From: Octopus bimaculoides
Lineage: Eukaryota
Assembly (NCBI RefSeq): GCF_001194135.2
Contig: NC_068988.1
Location: forward strand, 64,292,990-64,356,989
DNA: 64,000 nt
Direction: 5' to 3'
Shown one piece after another: positions 24,036 to 35,910 of the stretch. Every line of letters starts with the position of its first letter. Position 1 is the first letter of the stretch. A program made the position numbers and the translations under genes. A model generated the notes under the pieces. That model did no database searches. It had not been told where the DNA came from and saw nothing but the letters and a program-made list of their open reading frames with translations.

Positions 24036-24068
<33 letters not shown>

Positions 24069-24511
24069 CTATCTATATACGTATATTTATATATGTGCAC
24101 ACACATATATCCAGAATATATATATATATATATGTATGNNNNNNNNNNNNNNNNNNNNNNNNNNNNNNNNNNNNNNNNNNNNNNNNNNNNNNNNNNNNNN
24201 NNNNNNNNNNNNNNNNNNNNNNNNNNNNNNNNNNNNNNNNNNNNNNNNNNNNNNNNNNNNNNNNNNNNNNNNNNNNNNNNNNNNNNNNNNNNNNNNNNNN
24301 NNNNNNNNNNNNNNNNNNNNNNNNNNNNNNNNNNNNNNNNNNNNNNNNNNNNNNNNNNNNNNNNNNNNNNNNNNNNNNNNNNNNNNNNNNNNNNNNNNNN
24401 NNNNNNNNNNNNNNNNNNNNNNNNNNNNNNNNNNNNNNNNNNNNNNNNNNNNNNNNNNNNNNNNNNNNNNNNNNNNNNNNNNNNNNNNNNNNNNNNNNNN
24501 NNNNNNNNNNN

Positions 24512-24565
<54 letters not shown>

Positions 24566-25612
24566 ACGCTTTTTTGTTTTTGTTCACATCGCAAAACAAA
24601 TGTCGCTTGGCAACAGGATGGTCATCTGCCGTAGAAAATTTGCATCAACGAATTAGAAAAGCTTGACAAAGCTGATCTGTGTGCGTTTATATGTGTCTGT
24701 AGGTGGCTCTCTTGTTTTAAGATAATCAAGATTTCGTAAGCGATGCCTGAGGATATTTTTTTAAAAAGTCTCTCGATCTATCTGTGGATTAAAAAGACAA
24801 TATTAATGGATGCTAAATGTTTTAAATTGTACTTGGTGCAATCATGTGGCCCTGTCGTTTATGATCTCAACTCTTATTCACCGCTGCGCAGCAGGAGCGT
24901 GTGTTTAAAGGAAAGAAACTTAGAGCACTGCTGACAGTCCGAAATAAGTTCGGGCCTTTTGTTTAAGACTACGGATGTAGGGGGTTAAAAATATGACGTT
25001 TCTCTGTGAGACACAGATTTCAGCACTTTAGAATGTTCGTATCACTTGCAGGAACATTCCAAAATAATATGAATAAAGCATATAATATTCACTAAGTGAT
25101 GCTGATCGTTTCTTCTTTATCCTTTCAGCTGCAAATATATATAGAAAGTGATGAGAAGGACTTGAGATGATGGAATAAATGGCATTGTTGCATGCATGTT
25201 TTAATGGATGCATTGTGATGTCTCTGTGAGCGTGAGTGTGTGAGTATGTGTGTGTGTGAGTATGTGTGTGTGTGTGTGTGTAATAGCGTAAATCGAAGAA
25301 TCTCATATCATCCGCTTTATACTGCTTGATATTGATGTAGTGTATGCCAGGTTATACCTGGCGTACATTACGCATATCTCTACATAAGAGACATATTTCT
25401 TCAGTGAAAAACTAAATCTTGGATGAATTACTTCAAAGTGTTAAGAACTAAAGATACGACTGATGCTTTAATCTTACTCTTCTTAAGTATTAATAGCCCG
25501 CCTGCCTATCTATTATGTATAGAGGAATTAGGAGTGCAGGTATATATCTTTTAATGTACACATGTATATGTAAATACATGTGTGCGTATGTATGTATGTA
25601 TATGTGTGAGAA

Positions 25613-25685
<73 letters not shown>

Positions 25686-26174
25686 TTCAAGGTTGAATAT
25701 GGTACTTATGCGTAGGCACCCGAATATCGTATCCCAAAAGGATAGGTGATCAAAATCAAAAAATAAGCAACACGGATTTCAAGGGTGATTGCAGTACGCA
25801 CGTTTCATGCTACTCCAATTTATTTAAGTAATATATATATATATATAAATAAAGTACATACAAAGATGGGGAGAGAGGAAGAGAAAAAGGTTTTCATTTA
25901 AATATATATTGAAAGAACAACCGAGTTTTGTTTTTTTATCTTTATTTTTTATTGAAGTTTTGTTTTGTTTCCGTATGAGTTCCGCGTAATTTCTTTCGAA
26001 TCATAATCTTACCGACCTTCGCTTCATATTCTTGTAAATGATATGATTGGAGTTACTGACAGTATTTATACATACAAATCATAGTCAACAGTACTGATTC
26101 ATTGCTAGTGATGATATTAGTGACAGTTGTCGTTTAAGAGACAGGACAGGAAAGTACCCGTCAACATGTTTAGC

Positions 26175-26214
<40 letters not shown>

Positions 26215-26218
<4 letters not shown>

Positions 26219-26412
26219 GGAGAATTCACAAAAAGACAGCAGACGAAGACAGGTGGTGTTGAAGACAAATAGATGTATTAGTATAACGCTGGGGAATTAA
26301 GAAAGTCTTTAACGTTTCGAGCCTACGCTCTTCCACAGAAAGGGACACGAAAAGAAACAAGGAGAGAAACACGGAGAGAAAAAAATGTTTGTAGTGGTCA
26401 ACGATCTATCAT
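26215..26412 (-). mobile_element. Repeat family H, copy 2, with hammerhead-like motif (26307-26342)
   Basis: Minus strand CTTT CTGTGGA A GAGC GTAG GCTC GAAA CG T T AAAG. The surrounding sequence is homologous to 3333-3489. Confidence 0.65.
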
Positions 26413-26430
26413 GAGAGAGGGAGAGAGAGA

Positions 26431-26477
<47 letters not shown>

Positions 26478-27513
26478 AAAAATACAAAAGAAAAATCGGT
26501 AGACCGCACATTGACAAGTGTAGAGTTGGTTGAACGACAATACTTTGAAAATTAGTTACACATAACACTCCTGTTCGTTTGCATTTAGAAATAACAGTAA
26601 TTCAAAATCAAACTTGAAATGCATTTAGCCATCAAAAAGAAAAATGATGAGACAAACAGTGAGTGAGTGAGTGAGTGAGTGAAAAGAATTTAAAGAATTG
26701 ACACCAGTATTGGATGGTATTTTATCTATCGGTCCAAAAATGCTGGAGGGCAAAACTGACATCAGCAGATTTTGAACTCTGAACGAACCAAGCAGGAATG
26801 AATTCGACAAGGAATGCTATTCTGCTCTTTAAAGAATCTTTCAACTCGCCTTCTGTAGATAAAAGAAATGGAAGATTACTTTCACTTTCATTCCTTTCGT
26901 ATTTGATATCATGTCGATATCATAACCTGAATGATATCGGTAAACTACAAAGATAGAAATCAGGATTCATTTCAATTCTAGGCAGTTTCCGTCACACTGC
27001 TATTGACCCTCTAAAAACTTATAACCAAGGTCACGGTTTTAGAGAGCTGATGGCTCTGAGAGGTTTAAAGCATCCATGATACACTGTCTGTCACGACAGC
27101 TACCCTAAAGCTTGCTACATCAGGAGTTGAACATACAAAGAATTACCATCGTCAGTATATCAAGTGACAGGGGCAAGTCTGATATACGTACATACCTCTA
27201 AGAAGTACATAACAAACGGCCACGGTACAAGATAATAGCATACCTGTGCACTGGATATGCACAGTACCAGGAAACATTGCAATTGTGGTATGAGAAACAT
27301 CATGTAACCTAGAAATTCTAACGTATAACGACATATTATCTCATAGGTATGTTACTAAAACAGCGAACTGCAAGAATCGGTAGAGGAACGAAATAATGCC
27401 TGCTTTGCCATATTTAGCTATATTCTGTTTTCAAATCACGTCGAGGTCAATTTTACTTTTCGTTTAACCGAGATCGAAAAAAAATATACTATAAATTGAG
27501 TACAGTAATCTGG

Positions 27514-27920
27514 TTATATTCACAACAGCATACGGCAGACAATAGACAAGGTGGATTCTAGAATTTAGACCAAGACAACAAGAAATATTGTTGATTTGAT
27601 CTTTCTGTCAGTCACTTCTGTTCGTTTTTATATTCGTAACAGCATACCGCAGACAATAGGCAAAGTGAATATCAAATTTAAATCAAGATAAGAAATGTTG
27701 TTGGTCTTTCTGGCACTTGTGTTCGTTTTATATTCGCAACAACATGCCGCAGACAACAGGCAAAGCGAATGCTCGAATTTAAATCAAGACAAGAAATGTT
27801 GGTCTTTCTGGCAGTCACTTGTGTTCGTTATACATTCGCAACCATATTATCCAGACAGTAGATAAGGCGGCTGCTAAAATTTGTACCAAGAGATCAAGAA
27901 ATGATTTTGGTCTTTCTGCA
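27514..27920. repeat. ~100-114-bp tandem repeat, 4 diverged units
   Basis: Recurring TATATTCGCAACAGCATACCGCAGACAATAGGCAAAG...AATTTAAATCAAGACAAGAAATGTTGGTCTTTCTG starting near 27515, 27629, 27729 and 27829. Confidence 0.9.
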
Positions 27921-28270
27921 TATCGTTTGCCTTCAGTTGAGTAGATTATCAGTAATAGCTACGATCTGTTCATATAATGTGGAACTCATTACTGAACTCT
28001 AATCAATTCACTGATCCTACATTAAAAAGATATTATCTTTATGCAATAATTGAACTTCTAAGAGTGTTTCGATGGTTTAAAATCTTCTGCGGTCCAAGAT
28101 CCCAGATAAGCTTATACCACGGCAAGAAACTCAATTGAGGGCAGCAATATCGAATTACCTCATTCATCGAAAGCCAACCACATAGCAATGCCTGTTGAAA
28201 AGGCGATGTTACTGATGTTCCAGTATGGAACACATAAGGGAATATATGTAAATATGATAAATATAATATA

Positions 28271-28329
<59 letters not shown>

Positions 28330-28460
28330 TGTATATANNNNNNNNNNNNNNNNNNNNNNNNNNNNNNNNNNNNNNNNNNNNNNNNNNNNNNNNNNNNNNN
28401 NNNNNNNNNNTATATATATATATATCCGAGATGTATAGTATTAAATATCCATCACGGCAG

Positions 28461-28538
28461 ATCTTACGGTTTCGCGTAAAGAATACAATGGAGTGTTAAG
28501 TAACTGTCCGATTATGTAACTTTACGCTCATCAGAGTT
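28461..28538 (-). ncRNA. Type I hammerhead ribozyme candidate with long helix II
   Basis: Minus strand AACT CTGATGA GCGTAAAG [38 nt] CTTTACGC GAAA CCG T A AGAT: intact core, perfect 8-bp helix II with the canonical G10.1-C11.1 pair, GUA triplet, helix I 3/4 paired. Confidence 0.7.
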
Positions 28539-29429
28539 AGCCGATATGGAAGGGAATCCGGCGACTGCTTTCTGTTGTCGGGGGTTGATTAGCACAACCA
28601 GTTAGCTGCTGCTGTAAAAAAGGTGGTGAAACGAAAAAGTGCCAGGAGATTAGGTTAGGAGTTATTTCCCTTTTCTTTGGTCGGGTATGCTGTGAAGCCG
28701 GCAAGAATTATCTTGAAATGGGGAAAAGTGTGTATTATTAATGTGGTGTTCTTGCGGGGATGGGGGATGTGATAAGAGGTGTGTGGTATGTGTATCGGTG
28801 TCATATGTATAATTTTTTCTAGGGTGTAGGTATATTTAGCTGTGTTCGTTGGTCTGTTTTCTTTCCGTAAAGGATAAGGTCGCGGGAAGGGATTATGTTA
28901 GCGTGTAGTGTGTAATGGAAGGGTCTGTGCATGTGTGGGGCTACAATTTGAGTGGAGGGGTATGTGTTGGGGGGGAGACAGTTAATCTTGTGGGGTGTCC
29001 GCCTTATAGGAGTGTGTGTTTATGGGAAACGTTATGAATATGCAAATAAAGCTCCTATTCTATTATGCTGGCTACAGTCTAATGATGCAGACTGGTGATC
29101 CAGTTTTTCGGGGTCGCATCGAGCTGAACCGATATAATGTAGGATAAATATAAAAATAACAATAATAATAATCCTTGGATGAAATTAATAAACATTTAAT
29201 GCTTCGCTATGTGCGTTTCCACAAACCGCATGTCTCTTAAGAACACGGCCCGTAATCCTGGGATGATTACAGTGCAATCCGTGGTATCCGTGGGCATCGG
29301 GATGATCATTTTCGTGCATTCATTTATTCAGGTGATATAACATTAATGTATACCTTTTTACCAGCATGAATGTTAAACGACTTCTGTCGAAATTCATGTA
29401 GCGATGCATCAAATGTTTATAAATTCAAT

Positions 29430-29778
29430 CCAAAGATTATTGTTTTATATATATGTCTCTGGTTGACATTAACACACCCCCAATAGGGGCCTTCATTCCC
29501 ACGTTTTAGAGCTCTATGAGCTCCATTTTTCAGGAGCAAAAATCCTTTTTACAGGTTCCAGAAGACTGAAATTTTGCAATATGTGCATAAAGATTAATAG
29601 TATGGGATACATGTCTCATGATTAAAATTTTTTTAGGGTGTATAAAGAGGGAAAGAACCCTTATGTGCAATTTTGATGAAATTCGAATATGTATTCCAGT
29701 TCCTTACAGAAAATATAAGAGAAAAGTCTCATCCTTCATTTGCATGTAACACGGGCAACGCCGGGTATCTCTGCTAGT
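29430..29778 (+). mobile_element. Non-autonomous Helitron-like element, 3' end
   Basis: Ends CGGGCAACGCCGGG-TATCTCTG-CTAG|T (CTAG at 29774-29777): GC-rich subterminal hairpin and CTAG before T. The left boundary is approximate. Confidence 0.5.
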
Positions 29779-29951
29779 ATGTNNNNNNNNNNNNNNNNNN
29801 NNNNNNNNNNNNNNNNNNNNNNNNNNNNNNNNNNNNNNNNNNNNNNNNNNNNNNNNNNNNNNNNNNNNNNNNNNNNNNNNNNNNNNNNNNNNNNNNNNNN
29901 NNNNNNNNNNNNNNNNNNNNNNNNNNNNNNNNNNNNNNNNNNNNNNNNNNN

Positions 29952-30430
29952 NGGGTTATCTTTCATTCATTTCTTTGAGCCCTTTTTATCATTCATTCTT
30001 CCATCTCTTATTCTTATCATCGCTCTTTTCTTTCTTCTGGAAATTATTTCAGCTTTTAACTTTCATTCTTTCATCTTTAATTCCCATCTTTCGTTTCTTT
30101 TATCTGTTGATTATCTCATCTTTCATTCGTTTCATCCTTTGTTCCTTTTATCCTTCATTTATTTTAAATTTCATTCCTTTTATCTTTCATTCCGTTTATT
30201 TGAATTTATTTGAACTTTCATTCATTTCATCTTTTCTTTTATTTTCCTTCATTCTTTTTAAAAGTTCATTCCTTTTATCCTTCTTCCTTTTATCTTTCAT
30301 GTCTTTTCATTTTTCCTTTTGTTTTTGGTTTTTTTTTGTCGTTCATTCCTTTCCTCTTTCATTTCTTTTATCTTTCATTCATTCTTTCGTTTCATCCCTC
30401 ATTCACTTATCTCTTCTTTTGATTTTTCAA
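29952..30430. repeat. Degenerate pyrimidine-rich (TCTTTCATT-like) low-complexity tract
   Basis: Recurrent CTTTCATT/TTTTATC motifs, with almost no G on the + strand. Confidence 0.75.
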
Positions 30431-30819
30431 TGATTTTATTCTACCAAGCGAAGCCAGCTTTGTCATTTCGTCACTCACAGTTCTTGCATTGTTATCGACG
30501 GAGTGTTGCTGATGAGTCTATGACGATGCTGGGGTTAATGTCGGGGTGACTGGAAGTAGGAAGAGGGGTTTTTGCTTGCTCCCCGGTCAGCCTTTCTACA
30601 ATAGATTTATTATAAGCGATATTCCAACCATCATCTTCCATACTTTTTCTTTCTTTTTTTCTCATTTTTTTTTTTCATTTTTCCAACATCACCTTCCAGT
30701 TTTTAAAGACGGCTGTGAGGAAGACTTAGCTACTATTTCTAGCAGGTTAAACGGTCTTGTAGAAGTTCTCTTCTGATTATATCCAGGACGATAAAATAAG
30801 TACCAGTTAAATATTCCAT

Positions 30820-31370
30820 ATAAACCCCTTTTCTACTTCACGTAAATCCCTTTTCTGCTCCATGTTTATGCTCTTTCTATTTCATGTCAATCATTTTATT
30901 CCATGTAAATTCTCTCTTGTACCCTAAGTAAATCCCTTTTTACTCTATGAATAGACTCATTTTATTCAGGATAGCCCCTTTTTATTCTATGTAAATCCCT
31001 TTTTACTCAATAGGTATTCTCTTTTGCCCCATGTTTATCCCTATTTTATTCAACGTAAACTCTTTTCCCCCATGTTAATCTTTGTAAGTGCCCTTTTTAC
31101 TCCATGAAAATTCCATGTCACTCCATGTAAATCCTACTATTACTCCATGTAATCCTCTTTTTATTCAATATAAAAACCCTTTTTATTTTTCCATGCGTCC
31201 TTATCTTCCATGAGAACCCTATTGTTACTTTTTGTAGCTACCCATTTGCCCCTAATAAGAAGCTTTTTTTCTCCATATAAACACTTTTTACTGATGTGAA
31301 TGCCTTTTGCCTTATACAGACCCTTACTCAATGCAAATCATCTTTCGATTCGGAATAAGCCCTATTTTAA
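30820..31370. repeat. Degenerate ~20-bp minisatellite (CCATGTAAATCCCTTTTTACT-like)
   Basis: More than 15 decayed repeats of (C/T)ATGTAAATCCCTTTTTACTC. Confidence 0.8.
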
Positions 31371-31630
31371 CCTATTAGAATGCCCCTCGCTAGTTTTTTT
31401 TGTTGTTTTTTTTCCTTTTATATCTGTACTGTTTCCCTTTGACCTGGAACCTAAAAGAAATCTAAATCATTTTTATAAAGGCGCATACAATTATATTTCA
31501 CACGCTCCTGTGCACTCGGGCGTAGAAAGATTTTTCGCTGCGGTATTAGTCTCCAGAGAGAGATTCTCTTTATGGAAACTGCATGTAAAAAAAGAACACA
31601 ACACTGAGCTATGAAAGACGTCATCAGGCC

Positions 31631-31671
31631 GTAGAACACGTGTTTCAGCGTCGCTACACTTCATCAGACAC
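31631..31671 (-). ncRNA. Minimal type I hammerhead ribozyme candidate
   Basis: Minus strand GTGT CTGATGA AGTG TAGCGA CGCT GAAA CACGTG T T CTAC: intact core, 4-bp helix II, 8-nt palindrome ACACGTGT, helix I 3/4 paired. Confidence 0.6.
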
Positions 31672-31728
31672 TGAATTCATCGCTCACAATCAACTAAGAA
31701 CTCTCGTTCTTATATTTAAACAGCAAAA

Positions 31729-31730
<2 letters not shown>

Positions 31731-31788
<58 letters not shown>

Positions 31789-31789
31789 C

Positions 31790-31825
<36 letters not shown>

Positions 31826-31838
31826 GGTGGTGGTGGTG

Positions 31839-31876
<38 letters not shown>

Positions 31877-31903
31877 GGTACTACTACTATTGTTGTTGTT
31901 GTT
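31731..31903. repeat. Compound trinucleotide array (AGT)n-(GGT)n-(CGT)n-(CTA)n-(TTG)n
   Basis: Read directly from the sequence. Confidence 0.95.
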
Positions 31904-31911
31904 ATTATTGA

Positions 31912-32520
31912 GTTAAAATTCCATTGGGGTCGACTTTGCCTTTCATCCTTTCGGAGTCGATAAAATGAGTACCAGTTGGATAATGAGGTCGGTGTAAACG
32001 ATTATCCGCCCCTCTTCAGAATTCCAGGCCTTGTGCCTTTTGTAGAAAGGATTATTATTACTACTACTACAACTACTTCTATAATTGTTGTGGTTGCTGT
32101 TCAGGTGGTGAGCTGGCAAAATAGTTACAATTCCGGGCTTTGCGGCATTTCTCATGTCTCTACGTTCACAGTTCAAATTCTGCCGAGGTCGACTTTGCTT
32201 TTCATCCTTTCGGGGTAAATATAATTATTACTGTCATTTTTCTCTTTTTGTTTGTTTTGTTGTTGTTCTTGTGGGGTTTTTTTTTGTTTTGCTTTTGCTT
32301 ATAGTGATAGATTAAGTAGAATCATTAAAGAGTCGACAAAATTCCTTTGTTGTATTTCTTCCGATTCTTTCCGTATTGAGTTCAAATCTCACAGACATCC
32401 AACTTTCCTTCGTTTAATTTTATCGATACTTCCCTTGATCGATATAATGAAGTACCAACCAAGTGCTAGAGTCCATATATATATTAGCTCCAAACTTTTC
32501 AAGCTTTGTGCTTTTGTTAG
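31912..32520 (+). mobile_element. Cluster of three partial SINE family B copies
   Basis: GGTCGACTTTGCCTTTCATCCTTTCGGAGTCGATAAAATGAGTACCAG near 31928; second head GGTGAGCTGGCAAAAT near 32107; third decayed copy 32320-32520. Confidence 0.75.
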
Positions 32521-33033
32521 AAGCAATTCTTTACTACGTCTTTCAATCATCTATACTTCCTTTCTACCAATCCCATCTTGAATTCTTCAAAAAATCCCGT
32601 CTTATCCGCTTTTCACCTCTTCCCATATATTCAATCTTTCACGCTCTCATTCCTCCACAATACCATATCACGTTCTTCCAAACATCTTTTAGTCTCTTTC
32701 AATTCTTACATCTTTCATCTTTCCTCCCTCCATTCCATCAATCTTACTCCGTCACACTAGTATTTTAAACAACCCTTCCCTTCTTTCTCTCCCATTCCTT
32801 TTATTCTCCCAACACATCCTTGCCCATCACTTCCTACTCTTCTCTCTCTTCCTCTCTCATTTGTCATTCTTTCTCTCCAGAGATCCCTAAACCATTCCAA
32901 CAACCCCATTTCAAAATTCTTTATCGTCTGTCCGTTCTTTTTCTTTGCCTGTGTCTGACTCTGCGCTCACGGCGTCACAGTCAACCTCACGGCGTCACAG
33001 CTTCAGTCTGTCTGTCTATCCATCCATCCATCC

Positions 33034-33111
<78 letters not shown>

Positions 33112-33177
33112 GCATTTATCTGTCTATCGAACTAAACAATTAACAATCTATTTATCAGTCTGCCAGTCTATCAAACC

Positions 33178-33372
33178 TTCGAAACGTCTAGTTAGAATAG
33201 AGGCAGCTAACGAAGGAATAATTCCAAGTGGCTATCTGTTTTCCTATGTGTTCGTTCCGTGGTCTGTAGTTCATTTTTCTAACGTCCTGTACCCTGATAT
33301 GCATCTATATACACATGTAGATGTAAGTATGTACATATATGTGTGTATACATGCATATATATTCTTTGTATT
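33178..33372 (+). repeat. Dispersed repeat family F, copy 2
   Basis: GAATAGAGGCAGCTAACGAAGG...TTTTCCTATGTGTTCGTTCCGT.GTCTGTAGTT...AACGTCCTGTACCCTGATATGCAT is nearly colinear with the reverse complement of 52318-52492. Confidence 0.8.
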
Positions 33373-35079
33373 CTTGTATATATTAACTGTCTATCTACCC
33401 CCATCTCTCCCCATATACGTGTGTACGTATATATGTGAATCTATGTGCATATGCGTTTGTGTGTGTACCTGTCTATTTGTTTATATGCCTGTCTATAAAT
33501 TCATCTATCCGTCTATCTACCTGATTATCTGTTTACCAATATNNNNNNNNNNNNNNNNNNNNNNNNNNNNNNNNNNNNNNNNNNNNNNNNNNNNNNNNNN
33601 NNNNNNNNNNNNNNNNNNNNNNNNNNNNNNNNNNNNNNNNNNNNNNNNNNNNNNNNNNNNNNNNNNNNNNNNNNNNNNNNNNNNNNNNNNNNNNNNNNNN
33701 NNNNNNNNNNNNNNNNNNNNNNNNNNNNNNNNNNNNNNNNNNNNNNNNNNNNNNNNNNNNNNNNNNNNNNNNNNNNNNNNNNNNNNNNNNNNNNNNNNNN
33801 NNNNNNNNNNNNNNNNNNNNNNNNNNNNNNNNNNNNNNNNNNNNNNNNNNNNNNNNNNNNNNNNNNNNNNNNNNNNNNNNNNNNNNNNNNNNNNNNNNNN
33901 NNNNNNNNNNNNNNNNNNNNNNNNNNNNNNNNNNNNNNNNNNNNNNNNNNNNNNNNNNNNNNNNNNNNNNNNNNNNNNNNNNNNNNNNNNNNNNNNNNNN
34001 NNNNNNNNNNNNNNNNNNNNNNNNNNNNNNNNNNNNNNNNNNNNNNNNNNNNNNNNNNNNNNNNNNNNNNNNNNNNNNNNNNNNNNNNNNNNNNNNNNNN
34101 NNNNNNNNNNNNNNNNNNNNNNNNNNNNNNNNNNNNNNNNNNNNNNNNNNNNNNNNNNNNNNNNNNNNNNNNNNNNNNNNNNNNNNNNNNNNNNNNNNNN
34201 NNNNNNNNNNNNNNNNNNNNNNNNNNNNNNNNNNNNNNNNNNNNNNNNNNNNNNNNNNNNNNNNNNNNNNNNNNNNNNNNNNNNNNNNNNNNNNNNNNNN
34301 NNNNNNNNNNNNNNNNNTACATGCATACATTGAATCATACACATACATACATGCATACATACGTACATAGAATCATACACCTACATACATACATACATAC
34401 ATACATACATAAAATCATACACATACATACATACATGCATACATACGTACATAGAATCATACACATACATACATACATGCATACATACGTACATAGAAAC
34501 ATACACATACATACATACATACATACATACATACGTACATAGAAACATACACATACATACATGCATACATGCATACATACATGCATACAAACACATACAT
34601 ACATACATACATGCACACATACATGCATACATACATGGAATCATACACATGCGTACATAGACTCTGACAGCGCTATCTGTCTGCTGCCTTATGAGATCCT
34701 TCTAATGTTCTGTTTAGCGCTATTCCTCCTTTAGACCATTCCTCTACTCTCTCACTCCACACAAGATGTCAACAACCTCTACATCTTCACTCGAAGACAA
34801 ACAGCAAATCTGCCAAAAAATATAAAATGCATAAAAGCAAGCGTTATATGTCTGTGGATGTATGGTTCAATGTATGTATGTATGTATGTATGTATGTATG
34901 TATGTATGTTTGTATGTATGTCTGTATGTAATTGTGCATGTATGTATGTATGTATGTATGTATGTATGAAGCAATGTGTTTGTACGTGTGTATCTAGGTA
35001 TTTTTGTATGAATACAGATACGTGCGAGTACCTATATATATATATATATATATATATATAACATGAGTGCGTATGGGTA

Positions 35080-35131
<52 letters not shown>

Positions 35132-35446
35132 TGTAGCGTAGGCGGCTGCTGTCCAGTGATTAGGACCAAAAGAGTGTGCACGTTATGTCTTTATCTCTGT
35201 GAGTGCGCGCGCGCGTGTGCGTGCGCGCGTGCTTGTAAGTGTAATTAAACTGGACTACTGGACTGCCTAATGCTGTCTCTAACAATGACAGAACTCAATA
35301 GGTTTATTGAGAAAAAGACAGATTGGAAGTATCGCGAGGTTCAACATCTTATGGTCACCAGAAGCTTCATCCCGGGGTGCTACTCTTCAGACGAGTCTCA
35401 ACAATACGTACTTACACATAAATAAATGAACAAACACACACACACA

Positions 35447-35482
<36 letters not shown>

Positions 35483-35689
35483 CACACAAGCATATATATG
35501 TGTATATATATATAAACAATATCGAATATTTGGATATATATGGGATTGTTTCTTTGTAGAAATACATAAATCCAGAGGAGAAGCACACTCTAAGATGTTG
35601 TGCAGTTAATAGTATAGTGGGGTAAGCCGGTTTTTGAGGTTACCCTGGGTTTCTCGTCCATAAGGGGTTTAGCCTTACGGCGTAATCCC

Positions 35690-35910
35690 CATGAGGGGTA
35701 AGCACATAAATGTGAAACAAGGTGGAAAAAATAGTACTCGAATACCGGAGGTAGAGTAATATGCCTTGTTAATACAGCGACAAAGACATCACAAAAACTG
35801 TTACTCAGAGATTTCCCGTTCCCTTTCGTCGGAAATAAGGTTATATGTATTCTTACACATATAACGAACGGGAACGTGAAACTCTGAATAACAATTTCTG
35901 TGATGTCTTT
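35690..35910. mobile_element. Penelope-like remnant with inverted ~48-bp arms (35782-35829 / 35864-35910), each a decayed hammerhead
   Basis: The arms are reverse complements of each other. The composite reads C(T)GACGA ACG GGAA CGT GAAA CTCTGAG T A AC. Confidence 0.5.

Noticed and set aside
25337-25371. 15-bp-arm hairpin GTAGTGTATGCCAGG-TTATA-CCTGGCGTACATTAC
   Set aside because: Isolated, with two wobbles and no associated element or second copy; cannot be assigned.
30505-30535. CTGATGA GTC TAT GAC hairpin as a hammerhead
   Set aside because: It is followed by GATG rather than GAAA, with no helix III palindrome or helix I.
31640-31963. ORF with poly-Ser/Gly/Arg resembling an RS/RGG protein
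   Set aside because: It is produced by the compound trinucleotide array; there is no supported start or splice context.
35355-35392. Minus-strand CTGAAGA...GAAGCTTC as a hammerhead
   Set aside because: Helix II does not pair and the GAAA is incomplete.
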